This document shows, piece after piece, positions 26,313-35,729 of a stretch of DNA of 64,000 nucleotides. The stretch comes from an uncultured virus (IMG/VR IMGVR_UViG_3300023198_000771) (taxonomy: Duplodnaviria; Heunggongvirae; Uroviricota; Caudoviricetes; Crassvirales), in the IMG/VR virus record IMGVR_UViG_3300023198_000771; one strand, given 5' to 3'. A model generated the notes under the pieces. That model saw only the letters and a program-made list of their open reading frames with translations, had not been told where the DNA came from and ran no database searches. Made by a program: the position numbers and the translations under genes. Positions within the stretch are counted from its first letter, which is position 1; each line of letters opens with the position of its first letter.

Positions 26313-26471
26313 TATATTTGGGGTGGTTAGTTTTAGTTAATACTACGTTTAGAATTTGATGGCAATCACTAAGGACCACTGTACGCCCGTATGGTGGTTC
26401 TTTTTTTTGTATCATTGTTCTGCCATTCGATTCTCCAACAGAGCCGATAGTATTAACTAAAAAATTACACC
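26313..26471 (+). promoter_or_regulatory. Promoter plus structured leader/attenuator RNA
   Basis: TATATTTG box; 15-bp perfect inverted repeat 26331-26345/26448-26462 enclosing a terminator hairpin 26371-26408. Confidence 0.7.
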
Positions 26472-26831
26472 ATGCAGAATCATCCTGATTTCTTACGTGC
26501 CAACCCGTCTGATGCTGTCCAGTTCACAGATACCCAAGAGAATCACATTAAGCAGAACTATGTAAAGGTTGAGGAAATCAAGTTCCTTGTTATACCTCAA
26601 CAATACCTATGGGCAGAAGATCTCAAACCAAATGAGAAAATCCTAATGTCGTTTATCCGGATGGCTGATCAGAAAGATCATTGTTGGGCCTCAAATGCTA
26701 CCATTGGGAAGTGGATGCAGCTTCCTACTCAGACAGTGAAAAATCTAATTGTTGGATTGAAGAAGAAAGGTTACCTGCAACAAGTGTCCTGGGATGGCCG
26801 GTACAAAAGGGTTATTAAGTGTTTAAGGTAG
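26472..26831 (+). CDS. Helix-turn-helix protein (replication-initiator-like N-terminal HTH)
   Basis: LKPNEKILM..I......CWASNATIG......TV...I..LKKKGYL. Confidence 0.75.
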   Translation: MQNHPDFLRANPSDAVQFTDTQENHIKQNYVKVEEIKFLVIPQQYLWAEDLKPNEKILMSFIRMADQKDHCWASNATIGKWMQLPTQTVKNLIVGLKKKGYLQQVSWDGRYKRVIKCLR

Positions 26832-26997
26832 ATTCTCCCGTACTCATACGAGTACGACAGCCGTATTAGAATTAGTACACATAAAAGATAAGTAAAGGAT
26901 ACTTCACTGTGATGTACTGTGATTAAGGCTCGTAAATCAAAGATTTACCAAAAACTATCCATTACCACATTACAGTATAAATTCATAACTTGGCAAC

Positions 26998-27077
26998 AAT
27001 TAGCCGATGCCGAACGGTTGATCTGCTTTCTTGTTTCATAGCAAGTGACCCGGGTTGCAAAACATCCCGGGTTTTTT
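26998..27077 (+). ncRNA. Candidate three-hairpin small RNA
   Basis: TAACTTGG box at 26986; hairpins ATTAGCCG/CGGTTGAT, CTTGTT/AGCAAG, ACCCGGG/CCCGGGT + T-run. Confidence 0.55.
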
Positions 27078-27110
27078 GTAACTTGCCATTGAACTAAAAA
27101 ACAAAACATC

Positions 27111-27635
27111 ATGCCAGATTTTAAATTAGACATTGAGGTTAAGGTTACCGTAAAACCTGTAAATCCCAAGGTTGGCAGCACACAGAGAGGCCCCTGGGAA
27201 AGAAATCTGTATGTTGTGAAAGAGGAGAAATCAGTCCTATATCACAATGTAGCCAAGGCTGACGTTGCAACACTGGTGGCTAACGCCATGCCCGTTGTTG
27301 CAGAACAACAAGCTGTTGGTTTGAAGCCCCCCAAAGTAGTTGGGATACTCCCCAATGGCACTATTGCTGCTACTACAGCAGCCTTGAACGCCACTGGCGA
27401 TAATCAAGGTGTGTCAACAGCGCCAACCTGTGAGTATGGTGTGACTACCGCACTGGGAACATCACAGGCATCTACCGTTACTCCGGATGTATCAGCCGAT
27501 GGAACGGATACTGATTATGCTTTCGCATTGACAGGACTGACCGCCAGTACGAAGTATTATTGGCGAGTGAAACTTGTATCTACCAGTGGAACACAGTATG
27601 GGCCATTGAAGTCATTCACCACTCCTGCCACATAA
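27111..27635 (+). CDS. Fibronectin type III domain protein (possible virion decoration)
   Basis: EYG.TT.LG, LTGLTASTKYYWRV, YG...SFTT; own TAACTTGC box (27079) and terminator. Confidence 0.75.
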   Translation: MPDFKLDIEVKVTVKPVNPKVGSTQRGPWERNLYVVKEEKSVLYHNVAKADVATLVANAMPVVAEQQAVGLKPPKVVGILPNGTIAATTAALNATGDNQGVSTAPTCEYGVTTALGTSQASTVTPDVSADGTDTDYAFALTGLTASTKYYWRVKLVSTSGTQYGPLKSFTTPAT

Positions 27636-27648
27636 TATTGTTGGGGTG

Positions 27649-27695
27649 CAAGGGTTGTTTGGTTTACTCGCAAGGTTCCAGGCAACCCTTCTTTT
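27649..27695 (+). terminator. Intrinsic terminator
   Basis: AAGGGTTGTTTGG...CCAGGCAACCCTT-CTTTT. Confidence 0.7.
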
Positions 27696-27718
27696 AATTT
27701 CATTTAATAGAAACTATT

Positions 27719-27910
27719 ATGAACGCAAAGAAATCATTGATCATTTTCGGCTTTTATGCTGTATGGCTTACCCTTGTGGTATTGTCGTTTGCTCACGCTG
27801 CCAAGACGGTAGGTGAAAACACACAAAATGGGATTATCTGGTTTGGAGTATCACTTCTCACCGCAGTCCTTGGAATCTGGATAGCAATCAAGCTGAACAG
27901 GATGAAGTAA
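27719..27910 (+). CDS. Two-TM small membrane protein
   Basis: Two hydrophobic helices, basic ends. Confidence 0.6.
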   Translation: MNAKKSLIIFGFYAVWLTLVVLSFAHAAKTVGENTQNGIIWFGVSLLTAVLGIWIAIKLNRMK

Positions 27911-27923
27911 CATTTGCAAAAAC

Positions 27924-28241
27924 ATGAAGCAGATAATTCGGCAAATTATTCAATGGCTAACAAAATGGTTTTGGAATAAGCCTACGGCAAGGCCCGACCC
28001 ATTTACAGCCAAGGAAGTCCTTCACCTATACACCTGTGTACAGTACAAAGGTCAATGGATCAATCTCAGGAAAACTGAGTTAAAAGCCTTTGACGCTATG
28101 GCGAGATCCGACAAAAGAGCCATGGCCTTGCGATTTAAGCAACAAGTGAAGAAAGGCCATTTGAAGTTCGTTGAGATCGATGGACAAATGACCTGTATCA
28201 AAAACAAAGACTATGGAATTAAAGAAAGCAGTGGCAAATAA
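27924..28241 (+). CDS. Hypothetical protein
   Basis: ORF in operon. Confidence 0.6.
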   Translation: MKQIIRQIIQWLTKWFWNKPTARPDPFTAKEVLHLYTCVQYKGQWINLRKTELKAFDAMARSDKRAMALRFKQQVKKGHLKFVEIDGQMTCIKNKDYGIKESSGK

Positions 28242-28911
28242 TGTTTGCATTAAACTGGATCCTACAAATAATGTGATCGAAACCCCCTCTGGATTAAAGC
28301 TACAAATAGACACCTCCTTTGAGCCGGAGAAGCATATTGTACGGGTAGGAACGGTTATAAAAACACCTGAAACACTGGTGTACCACCACAAGAAATCAGG
28401 CTATCCATGGAAAACAACCATGGACCTTAAAGAGGGTGATCGTGTGGTGATGTACTTCATGGCTATCCAAAACTGTCTGGCACCCGAGCAAAAGAAGTGT
28501 TACATCGAGGGAAAAGATGTGTATATTTTCATCAAGTACCACAACATCTACGCAGTTATTGAGGAAAACAATATCCGTCCCATCAATGGATATGTCCTGG
28601 TTGAGCCTGTTGAGGATCCTGCATGGTTGGAGAAGAAGGAGAGATTTGAGAAGATAAATCTAAACCTACCCGATCTCCGGAAATCAAGCAATGTGAATGT
28701 GACCTATGGGAAGATTGCATATATAGCACCCCCTAATGAGGAATATGCTGATGATTACAAATCAGATAATCACCATAACGAGCAGGTGGGGGATACTGTT
28801 GTGATGAAGAGGATCACTGATATACCGGTGGAGTATGAGTATCATGCCAAGATGGATGGTGGCCGTAAGTTGTACCGGATGCAAAGACACCAAATACTCG
28901 CAGTGTTATGA
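28213..28911 (+). CDS. Tandem double-domain GroES-like protein
   Basis: ETPSGL..GTV...LKEGDRV and IRPINGYVLVEPVE..GKIAY..VGDTV..ILAVL. Confidence 0.75.
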   Translation: MELKKAVANNVCIKLDPTNNVIETPSGLKLQIDTSFEPEKHIVRVGTVIKTPETLVYHHKKSGYPWKTTMDLKEGDRVVMYFMAIQNCLAPEQKKCYIEGKDVYIFIKYHNIYAVIEENNIRPINGYVLVEPVEDPAWLEKKERFEKINLNLPDLRKSSNVNVTYGKIAYIAPPNEEYADDYKSDNHHNEQVGDTVVMKRITDIPVEYEYHAKMDGGRKLYRMQRHQILAVL

Positions 28912-29282
28912 AATACTTAAAATTCAAAATAGATATTTACGATTGGGATATTTATTACATCGAGGTTGAAAAAAAGAAGGACCTCAAAGCTGTTATAGTT
29001 AAATTATCCAAGTTAAAAATGCCCCACAAAATAATGGTGGGGATCCGGGATGACATTAAGGATGGAGCCACGAATGGCGGTCATCATTGGTGCCACACTT
29101 ACGAAAGAAAAACCATAGTTCTGCTTTATAAGACTACCAGTAAAAGAAACAGGACACACACCATCTTCCATGAAAAACGCCACATAGAAGATCGTATTTT
29201 ACATCATTTAGGCATTGACGATATAGAAGCGTCAGCCTTTCTTGCGGGATATATTGCAGAGAAACTAATTCCAATATTATGA
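28908..29282 (+). CDS. Putative zincin-like (HExxH) protein
   Basis: TIFHEKRHIED...EASAFL.GY. Confidence 0.55.
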   Translation: MKYLKFKIDIYDWDIYYIEVEKKKDLKAVIVKLSKLKMPHKIMVGIRDDIKDGATNGGHHWCHTYERKTIVLLYKTTSKRNRTHTIFHEKRHIEDRILHHLGIDDIEASAFLAGYIAEKLIPIL

Positions 29283-29920
29283 ACTGGCAATTCACAGATA
29301 TAGAATTTCGAGGGATGATGTACAATCCCTCCAAGGTACCGGAAGGGGAAACTGTTTTTAAGATCTTCCCGGCACTGAAGGCCCACCAACCATTTAAGAA
29401 GTCACCCGGGAAAGAACTGGACAATAACCTGGTGATGCTTTTCATCTTCTGTATGTACGATAAGAGTACCCCGTACCGCAGCAAGTTCCCTGATGTGTTG
29501 AAGCGAAAGATAGAGATAGCGCACGATGTGGGGTTTACCTTGGACGATAAAGGGAACTTTGAGGATCCTGTTGAGGATTTTCTGAAAGGGAATAATGAGA
29601 TTGTGAACCGAAAGATTGTTGAGTTCGTGAGGATCCACAGGTCATTCAAATATTCCTACCTGGTAACCATCGAGGCCAGTTACTACAATCTGATGCTCGA
29701 TGTGATGGGAGGGGAAACCAAGAGGATACCTGACCTACGATCTATCCAGGAGGAACTGGAAAACACCATGGCCGAATTGCTTACTGAGGACGATAACCCA
29801 TATATCCGGGATGCCGTCCTTCGTTATATGGAGGAAGAACGGCTGCAGTTGCGGCCAGAAGATATTGCACTAAAACTTGCAGCCGGTGAACAGCCTGTCA
29901 CTTATAAAGAGATACAGTGA
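29279..29920 (+). CDS. Probable terminase small subunit/packaging-associated protein
   Basis: Position directly upstream of and overlapping terL; function inferred from position only. Confidence 0.45.
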   Translation: MNWQFTDIEFRGMMYNPSKVPEGETVFKIFPALKAHQPFKKSPGKELDNNLVMLFIFCMYDKSTPYRSKFPDVLKRKIEIAHDVGFTLDDKGNFEDPVEDFLKGNNEIVNRKIVEFVRIHRSFKYSYLVTIEASYYNLMLDVMGGETKRIPDLRSIQEELENTMAELLTEDDNPYIRDAVLRYMEEERLQLRPEDIALKLAAGEQPVTYKEIQ

Positions 29921-32135
29921 CGAGGTTGAACCTCAGATCTTAGCCCAGTACAAAAAGCCGGATAAATTTCTATGGGTAAACGATAATGATAGGGATATGA
30001 CCCCTATGCGTATCGATCTCCCTGACTGTCCTGCATACCATGAGATAGATGGATTTGGTAAACCGGCCAAAGAGCAGTGGTGGTCACCCCCGAAGCTGCC
30101 CAGGCGATTAAAGGAGTTGCAGCGCAAGTTTGAAACCATCGATGAGATATGGGATGAACTCACCAAGCACCAGGATATTTATGAGCAGGAGATCAAATTT
30201 ATGCGGAAGATGTGGTACTACCGCCTCAACGGGTACTGGTTCTTCAATAATGGGAAGCCTACATACATCGATGGGTGGAACTACTTTTACATAGCCTGGT
30301 GGAAGATCGATACTGGACTCCCGAAATACAGGGATAGGGATAGGAAGTTCTTCCTCTTTGCCCGTCATATCTACAATGAGCGCAGGACCTTCAAATTCAT
30401 AACCAAGAAAGGTGAGGCTATCCGGAGCGAAAAAAGTGGGTACTTTGATTTCATAGATGCTGGTGGCCGTGTGTTCTACGGATTCAACTATCCAAAGCAC
30501 AGACGGGAGGGAGCGACCTACAAGGCTGAGTGCATCAACTATGAGATCATTTCCCGGACCATTGGTGCCTGGGGTGGTATCCAATCCATGAACGAGGTAC
30601 AGGGCCGGAAGTGTTTCATCAAACACCTGGTAGGCCCATGGAAGAAACTCCCATTCTTTTTCAGACCCAATTACGAGGGATCCACCTCACCAAAAACTGA
30701 ACTATCATTCTCACCACCGGCACGAAGGTTATCCAGTAAAGGATCCTTGGCCACCTCAGATATTGGTCTTGAATCAATGATCAACTTTGGACCGGCTGAT
30801 CCTGCCTCCTATGATGGTGATAAGTTGTACTTCCACCATGACGATGAGGTAGGTAAGTTGAAGAAGGGCCTATCCTGTTGGGACCGGCACCTGGTAGTGA
30901 AGGAGTGCCTGGTAATGGGATCCGAGATTATTGGGTTCACAATTAAAACCTCAACGGTGGGTGAGATGGAGAAAGGTGGAGGAAAGGCTTTTAAGCACCA
31001 GTGTATGATGAGCGACTATTTCACTCGCACACCAAACGGGCAGACGAGATCTGGTCTGGCCACTCTATTCATACCCGCATACGAGGGGCTGCAAGGATTC
31101 ATTGACCAGTACGGTAATTCTATTATTGACACCCCAACCAAAGAACAAGCTGCCTTTATTGGCCGTAAGATCGGAGCAAAGGAATACCTGCTTAACAGGC
31201 GAAAGGGTTACATCGATGCAGGTGACTATGAGGGACTGTCCGAAGAGATCCGGCTATACCCCATGAACTTCACTGAATGTTTCCGGACTGCAGCTAAGTC
31301 CTCCGGATTCAATATGCAGAAACTTGAAACCTATATCGATGAGTTGAGGTTTAAGCGAAACAGTGAGATGCCGGTTGAGGGTGACTTTCGTTGGGTGAAC
31401 AACAACAGGGATACTATGGTGGAGTTTGTCGCACGTAAGGGAGGAAAGTTCCTTGTTTCCCACCAGTTGAATGAGAATGAGGCGAACCGTAAATACTGGT
31501 CTGATGAAACAGAATCATGGAAGGCCGGTAACACATCCTGGGGAGTGGCTGGTGGTGACCCCTTCAAGTTCAATAAGACTGAGGGTAACCGTAAATCAAA
31601 GGGTGGAGGTGCCGTGGTGCGGAAGGGGAAAATCAAGGATGGTGATTTTTCCATGAAGCGGAAGTTTGTCTGCACATACTCCAACCGGACCTATGACAAG
31701 TACGAATATGCGGAGGATATGTTGATGATGTGCGTGTATTATGGTGTTCAAATGTTTCCTGAAATCAACGTGGATCTACTGTGGGATTACTTTGAACAGC
31801 GTGGCTACTCTGCTTTCCTTCTATATCGAGTAGATCCAAAAACTTTTCAACAGGGTAAAACACCAGGAGCAAATACTAACGATAAGATCAAGCAGGACAT
31901 TTTTGGGGAGTATATGAACTTCATAGAATACGAGGCTGATGAAGAGAACCATATTGAACTTTTAGAGGAATGTAGGGACATTGGTGGACCTGAAGAGATG
32001 ACAGACTACGACTTGTTTTCAGCCGGTGGATATGCCCTACTGGGTACCGCAGGTATCTATGATGAAATAGAGGAAATGGAAAATGAAGAAGTGGATATGA
32101 GCAAGTTTCACAGAAAGCGAGTTTACCGTAGGTAA
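29877..32135 (+). CDS. terL: Terminase large subunit
   Basis: RLNGYWFFNNG.PTYI.G..Y, KHRREGAT Walker A variant, HDDEVGK, GGDPF nuclease; crAss-like; exact start uncertain (TTG 29877 or GTG 29886). Confidence 0.9.
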   Translation: MQPVNSLSLIKRYSDEVEPQILAQYKKPDKFLWVNDNDRDMTPMRIDLPDCPAYHEIDGFGKPAKEQWWSPPKLPRRLKELQRKFETIDEIWDELTKHQDIYEQEIKFMRKMWYYRLNGYWFFNNGKPTYIDGWNYFYIAWWKIDTGLPKYRDRDRKFFLFARHIYNERRTFKFITKKGEAIRSEKSGYFDFIDAGGRVFYGFNYPKHRREGATYKAECINYEIISRTIGAWGGIQSMNEVQGRKCFIKHLVGPWKKLPFFFRPNYEGSTSPKTELSFSPPARRLSSKGSLATSDIGLESMINFGPADPASYDGDKLYFHHDDEVGKLKKGLSCWDRHLVVKECLVMGSEIIGFTIKTSTVGEMEKGGGKAFKHQCMMSDYFTRTPNGQTRSGLATLFIPAYEGLQGFIDQYGNSIIDTPTKEQAAFIGRKIGAKEYLLNRRKGYIDAGDYEGLSEEIRLYPMNFTECFRTAAKSSGFNMQKLETYIDELRFKRNSEMPVEGDFRWVNNNRDTMVEFVARKGGKFLVSHQLNENEANRKYWSDETESWKAGNTSWGVAGGDPFKFNKTEGNRKSKGGGAVVRKGKIKDGDFSMKRKFVCTYSNRTYDKYEYAEDMLMMCVYYGVQMFPEINVDLLWDYFEQRGYSAFLLYRVDPKTFQQGKTPGANTNDKIKQDIFGEYMNFIEYEADEENHIELLEECRDIGGPEEMTDYDLFSAGGYALLGTAGIYDEIEEMENEEVDMSKFHRKRVYRR

Positions 32136-32169
32136 ATAATTCCCTATCTTAGGCAAAACATAACTCACC

Positions 32170-34470
32170 ATGGCCAAGGAAGCAATTAATACTATAAGTT
32201 CCTATCAGCGAGGGGCATATCCATTCCCAAAGGATGAGATACCCACCGATGAAAAGGGAGCAGAATGGTGTCGAAAGTGGTGCGAGGCTATGTATGCGGC
32301 CTATATCACAGATAGGACAGGCGTTCCATATTCAACCATTGATGAACTAAATGACCTCCGTGATTATGCTGCAGGGATGCAAGGCGTAGAGCGTTACCAG
32401 GAGATATTATTGGACGAGTCAGAGGAGGGTGGAGATCTCACAGGATACATGAATGTTAACTGGGAGATTTTTTCAGTTATGCCTAAGTTCCTCCACATCA
32501 TACGTGGCATCTTTGAGGAACAGGAACACTCGATTGTGGCAACTGCTGTGGATCCAAAGAGTAGTGAGGAAAGGGAAATCGAAAAACTCCGCAAGTGGTT
32601 CAAGGGTCGTTACAAGCCTATCATGGAAGCCGTGAACCAGTTTGCCGGTCACAAGCCGGAGCCTGAGTGGATCCCCGAAACCTTGGACGAGTTGGAGATC
32701 TACCAACAGGTAGGAGGGTTCAAACTGGCCAAGGAAACTGAGATTGAGGAAGCACTGACATACACTGAGTATATTTCCGATTGGAAAGAGATTAAGCGGA
32801 AGATGTTGGATGATTTTGCTACCATCAACTGTGCTTCTGTCAAAGACTTCACTGACATTTATACCCGGAAGGTTAAGTCCCGTTGGGTGGATCCTGTCAG
32901 ATTGGTTATCCAATATTCAAAGCACTGGGACCACCGCAACTCAGAATATGCCGGTGAACTGATCTCAGAAACAATCTCCAATATCCGGAAGAACACTGAT
33001 CTCACAGAAGAACAACTCCGGAACCTTGCCCAATTCTACAATGGGCGAAGCGCAAACAGAAACCTGTCATCCTGGACCGAGGAAGATCTACGCCTGGAAG
33101 GTGGAGGTTGGAAGTATGATAACTTCAAGATCGAGGTTATGGATTCTGAATGGTTCTCTGTCAATCAGAAGAACTTCACCAAGCGCACCAATGCAAGGGG
33201 TGATACCCTCATGTATGAGGAAAAGGACAACAAGATCTATGACACCGAAACCAAAAAAACAGTCACCAACAAGTTCAAGGTTGTCTATCGGGCAAAATGG
33301 ATTGTTGGCACAGAGTTTGTCTATGACCACGGTTTACAGTACGATGTCCCAAGAACAGGCAAGAAAGAGGTTGAACTGTCATTTAAGTTTTACAAACTCC
33401 CAGGACGTTCAATCGTCAGTCTTTCCGTACCCAACCTTGACCAGATCCAGTTAACCTGGTTGAAGATGCAAAACGCATTGGCCATGTCCTCCAATTCTGG
33501 TGTGGCCGTTGAATACACCTCCCTAATGAACATGAAACTGGGGGGAGAGAAGATGGAACCATTGGAGATCCTTTCCATCCGGAGGGATACCGGTGACCTG
33601 ATCTACAAGATGACTACCCACATGGGAAAACAGAATATTCCCGGGGGTATGCGCCCCATTCAAGAACTTACCGGAGGTATCGGACCTCAACTGCAAGAAT
33701 TTGTACAGTTGTTCGATCTGAACCTCAACTTCATCCGGGACCTGACCGGTATCAATCAGATTGCTGATGCCAGTAACCCCAACCCAAACCAGAGCGTAGG
33801 AGGTGCTGAAATGGCTATTGTGGCCACCAACAATGCACTGAAGCCTATCTATGCAGGGTATATCAGGCTCAAAGAACTGGTGGCCCGGGCAGCAGCTATA
33901 AGGATCCAGTTACTTGTACGCCACGATAAGAAGGCTTACGAGGGGTATATCCCAGTAGTGGGAGGTGCCGGAGTGAAGATCCTTTCAGTTGGCACTGATA
34001 TACTGGACGCTGATTGGGAGATCCAAATCCAAGCGAAACCCACCACACAACGCAAACAGGTCATCCTGGAATCTGCTATGAAGGCCATGCAACCCGATAA
34101 AGACGGGTTCACAGGCATAGAGGAAGGTGACTTTATGATGATTGAAAGACTGTTGGAGGCCGGTAATGAGAAACTGGCAGAGATCATGCTTAACTTCCGG
34201 TCCAGGAAAAACAAAGAACGTCAGTTGCAGATCCAGAGGGAGAACATGGAATTGGATAAGAAGAATGGTCAAGAACTGGATGCTTCCAAACAAGAACAGG
34301 TCCGTCAGACAGCACAGTTTGAAAGTGAACTAAAGAAGGGTGAGGAAACCCACAAGTTCGACCTGGAACTCCGTAACAAAGAACAGGAGCATGGTTGGAA
34401 GATGGAAGAGATTATGTTAGAGAAATCCTTAGATATGAATCAAGCAGATCAAACTAAAAAAACGGCTTAA
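32170..34470 (+). CDS. Portal protein
   Basis: Position after terL, 766 aa, PKF..II.G, VDP..LV, YAGE, IRDLTGIN. Confidence 0.85.
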   Translation: MAKEAINTISSYQRGAYPFPKDEIPTDEKGAEWCRKWCEAMYAAYITDRTGVPYSTIDELNDLRDYAAGMQGVERYQEILLDESEEGGDLTGYMNVNWEIFSVMPKFLHIIRGIFEEQEHSIVATAVDPKSSEEREIEKLRKWFKGRYKPIMEAVNQFAGHKPEPEWIPETLDELEIYQQVGGFKLAKETEIEEALTYTEYISDWKEIKRKMLDDFATINCASVKDFTDIYTRKVKSRWVDPVRLVIQYSKHWDHRNSEYAGELISETISNIRKNTDLTEEQLRNLAQFYNGRSANRNLSSWTEEDLRLEGGGWKYDNFKIEVMDSEWFSVNQKNFTKRTNARGDTLMYEEKDNKIYDTETKKTVTNKFKVVYRAKWIVGTEFVYDHGLQYDVPRTGKKEVELSFKFYKLPGRSIVSLSVPNLDQIQLTWLKMQNALAMSSNSGVAVEYTSLMNMKLGGEKMEPLEILSIRRDTGDLIYKMTTHMGKQNIPGGMRPIQELTGGIGPQLQEFVQLFDLNLNFIRDLTGINQIADASNPNPNQSVGGAEMAIVATNNALKPIYAGYIRLKELVARAAAIRIQLLVRHDKKAYEGYIPVVGGAGVKILSVGTDILDADWEIQIQAKPTTQRKQVILESAMKAMQPDKDGFTGIEEGDFMMIERLLEAGNEKLAEIMLNFRSRKNKERQLQIQRENMELDKKNGQELDASKQEQVRQTAQFESELKKGEETHKFDLELRNKEQEHGWKMEEIMLEKSLDMNQADQTKKTA

Positions 34471-34472
34471 TC

Positions 34473-35678
34473 ATGGCAAAACAGACAAGAGAAGAAATCG
34501 AAAGAAATCCGGAGTTTATGGCCCTCCAAGATATTGAAGGCATAGATCCGGCTGAATTATTGAAACAAGCAGGTGGAGATCCACCGGCTGATCCCCCCCC
34601 GGGAGATCCACCGGCCCCCCCTGCAACACCACCGGTACCACCGGCTGATCCTCCCCCGGGAGATCCACCGGCACCACCGGCCACACCACCAGTTGCGGAT
34701 CCTGACCCATCACCACCGGACGCTTTACTGAACGAGATGTTTGGTGGGCGATTTAAGAGTGTTGATGAGGTCAAAAATGCGAATATACCCGGAATATTAG
34801 ATGAGGTCGCTACCCTGAGACAGGAGAAGGCTGATCTAACATCACAGCTTGAATTGAAGCCCAAAACAAACTTCGCCAATGACGAGGTGGCTTTGTTTAA
34901 CGAGTTCGTGAAGGAAACCGGGACCAGAGACTACGGGGTTTTTAATAAGATCAACAGTGCGGAGGTAGCGACCATGGACTCCATGGAAGCATTAGTGACC
35001 AAATACGTACTGGATCATCCCGAGCAGTCAGGCAAGGAACCACAGATCCGAAAGTATTTCGAGAAGAAGTATAATGTGGATCCTGAGCAAGTTGAAGAGG
35101 CTGATCTTGAAATCAACAAATTAGGAATGGATGCTGATGGAGCAACCGCAAAAAAGGCTCTCCAAGAGGTTAAGGACAAATTGAAGGTCCCTGAACCAAG
35201 CCAAGAGCCAAGTAAGCCGAAGGAATTAACCCCGGAGGAAAAAGCAACCTTGCAGACCGGTTGGAATAACGTGGGCAAGGGAGTCAGCAGCAAACTGGCG
35301 AAGCTGAGTGTACCCATCAAAAATGGTAAAGATCCTCTTTTGGACTATGAAGTTTCAGAATCCGAGCAAAAAGAGATCACTGATTTTGTCCAGAATTATG
35401 CCGTTGAGAACCAAATGGAACTTAACGAAACAAATATCCGGCAAGTATCTACCATGGTGTATAACACACTGATGATAAACAAGCTGCCAGAAATCGTCCA
35501 TTCCGTATTTGAGAAGGCGAGAAGTCTGACTGAAGAACAGGTCCACGCTATCTATGCAAATCCATCACCGGCCAAGAATAACGACACTCCTCCCGCAACA
35601 CCAGATCCGGTACAGACCGATTTGGAGAAGCAGCAGGACGAGATATTCAATGCAGAAATGGATGCGTTTAATCAGTAA
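34473..35678 (+). CDS. Probable scaffolding protein
   Basis: Acidic/Pro-rich, between portal and capsid. Confidence 0.65.
   Translation: MAKQTREEIERNPEFMALQDIEGIDPAELLKQAGGDPPADPPPGDPPAPPATPPVPPADPPPGDPPAPPATPPVADPDPSPPDALLNEMFGGRFKSVDEVKNANIPGILDEVATLRQEKADLTSQLELKPKTNFANDEVALFNEFVKETGTRDYGVFNKINSAEVATMDSMEALVTKYVLDHPEQSGKEPQIRKYFEKKYNVDPEQVEEADLEINKLGMDADGATAKKALQEVKDKLKVPEPSQEPSKPKELTPEEKATLQTGWNNVGKGVSSKLAKLSVPIKNGKDPLLDYEVSESEQKEITDFVQNYAVENQMELNETNIRQVSTMVYNTLMINKLPEIVHSVFEKARSLTEEQVHAIYANPSPAKNNDTPPATPDPVQTDLEKQQDEIFNAEMDAFNQ
34581..34694 (+). repeat. 57-bp tandem duplication encoding PPADPPPGDPPAPPATPPV x2
   Basis: Units 34581-34637 and 34638-34694 with synonymous differences. Confidence 0.9.
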
Positions 35679-35729
35679 TTGACTAAGTAAGAGGTGTATA
35701 TTATGTCTAACAAATAAAATTGAAAAATT

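Noticed and set aside
27719..27910. Holin/lysis cassette
   Set aside because: Two TM helices fit a holin, but no endolysin or spanin is recognisable nearby
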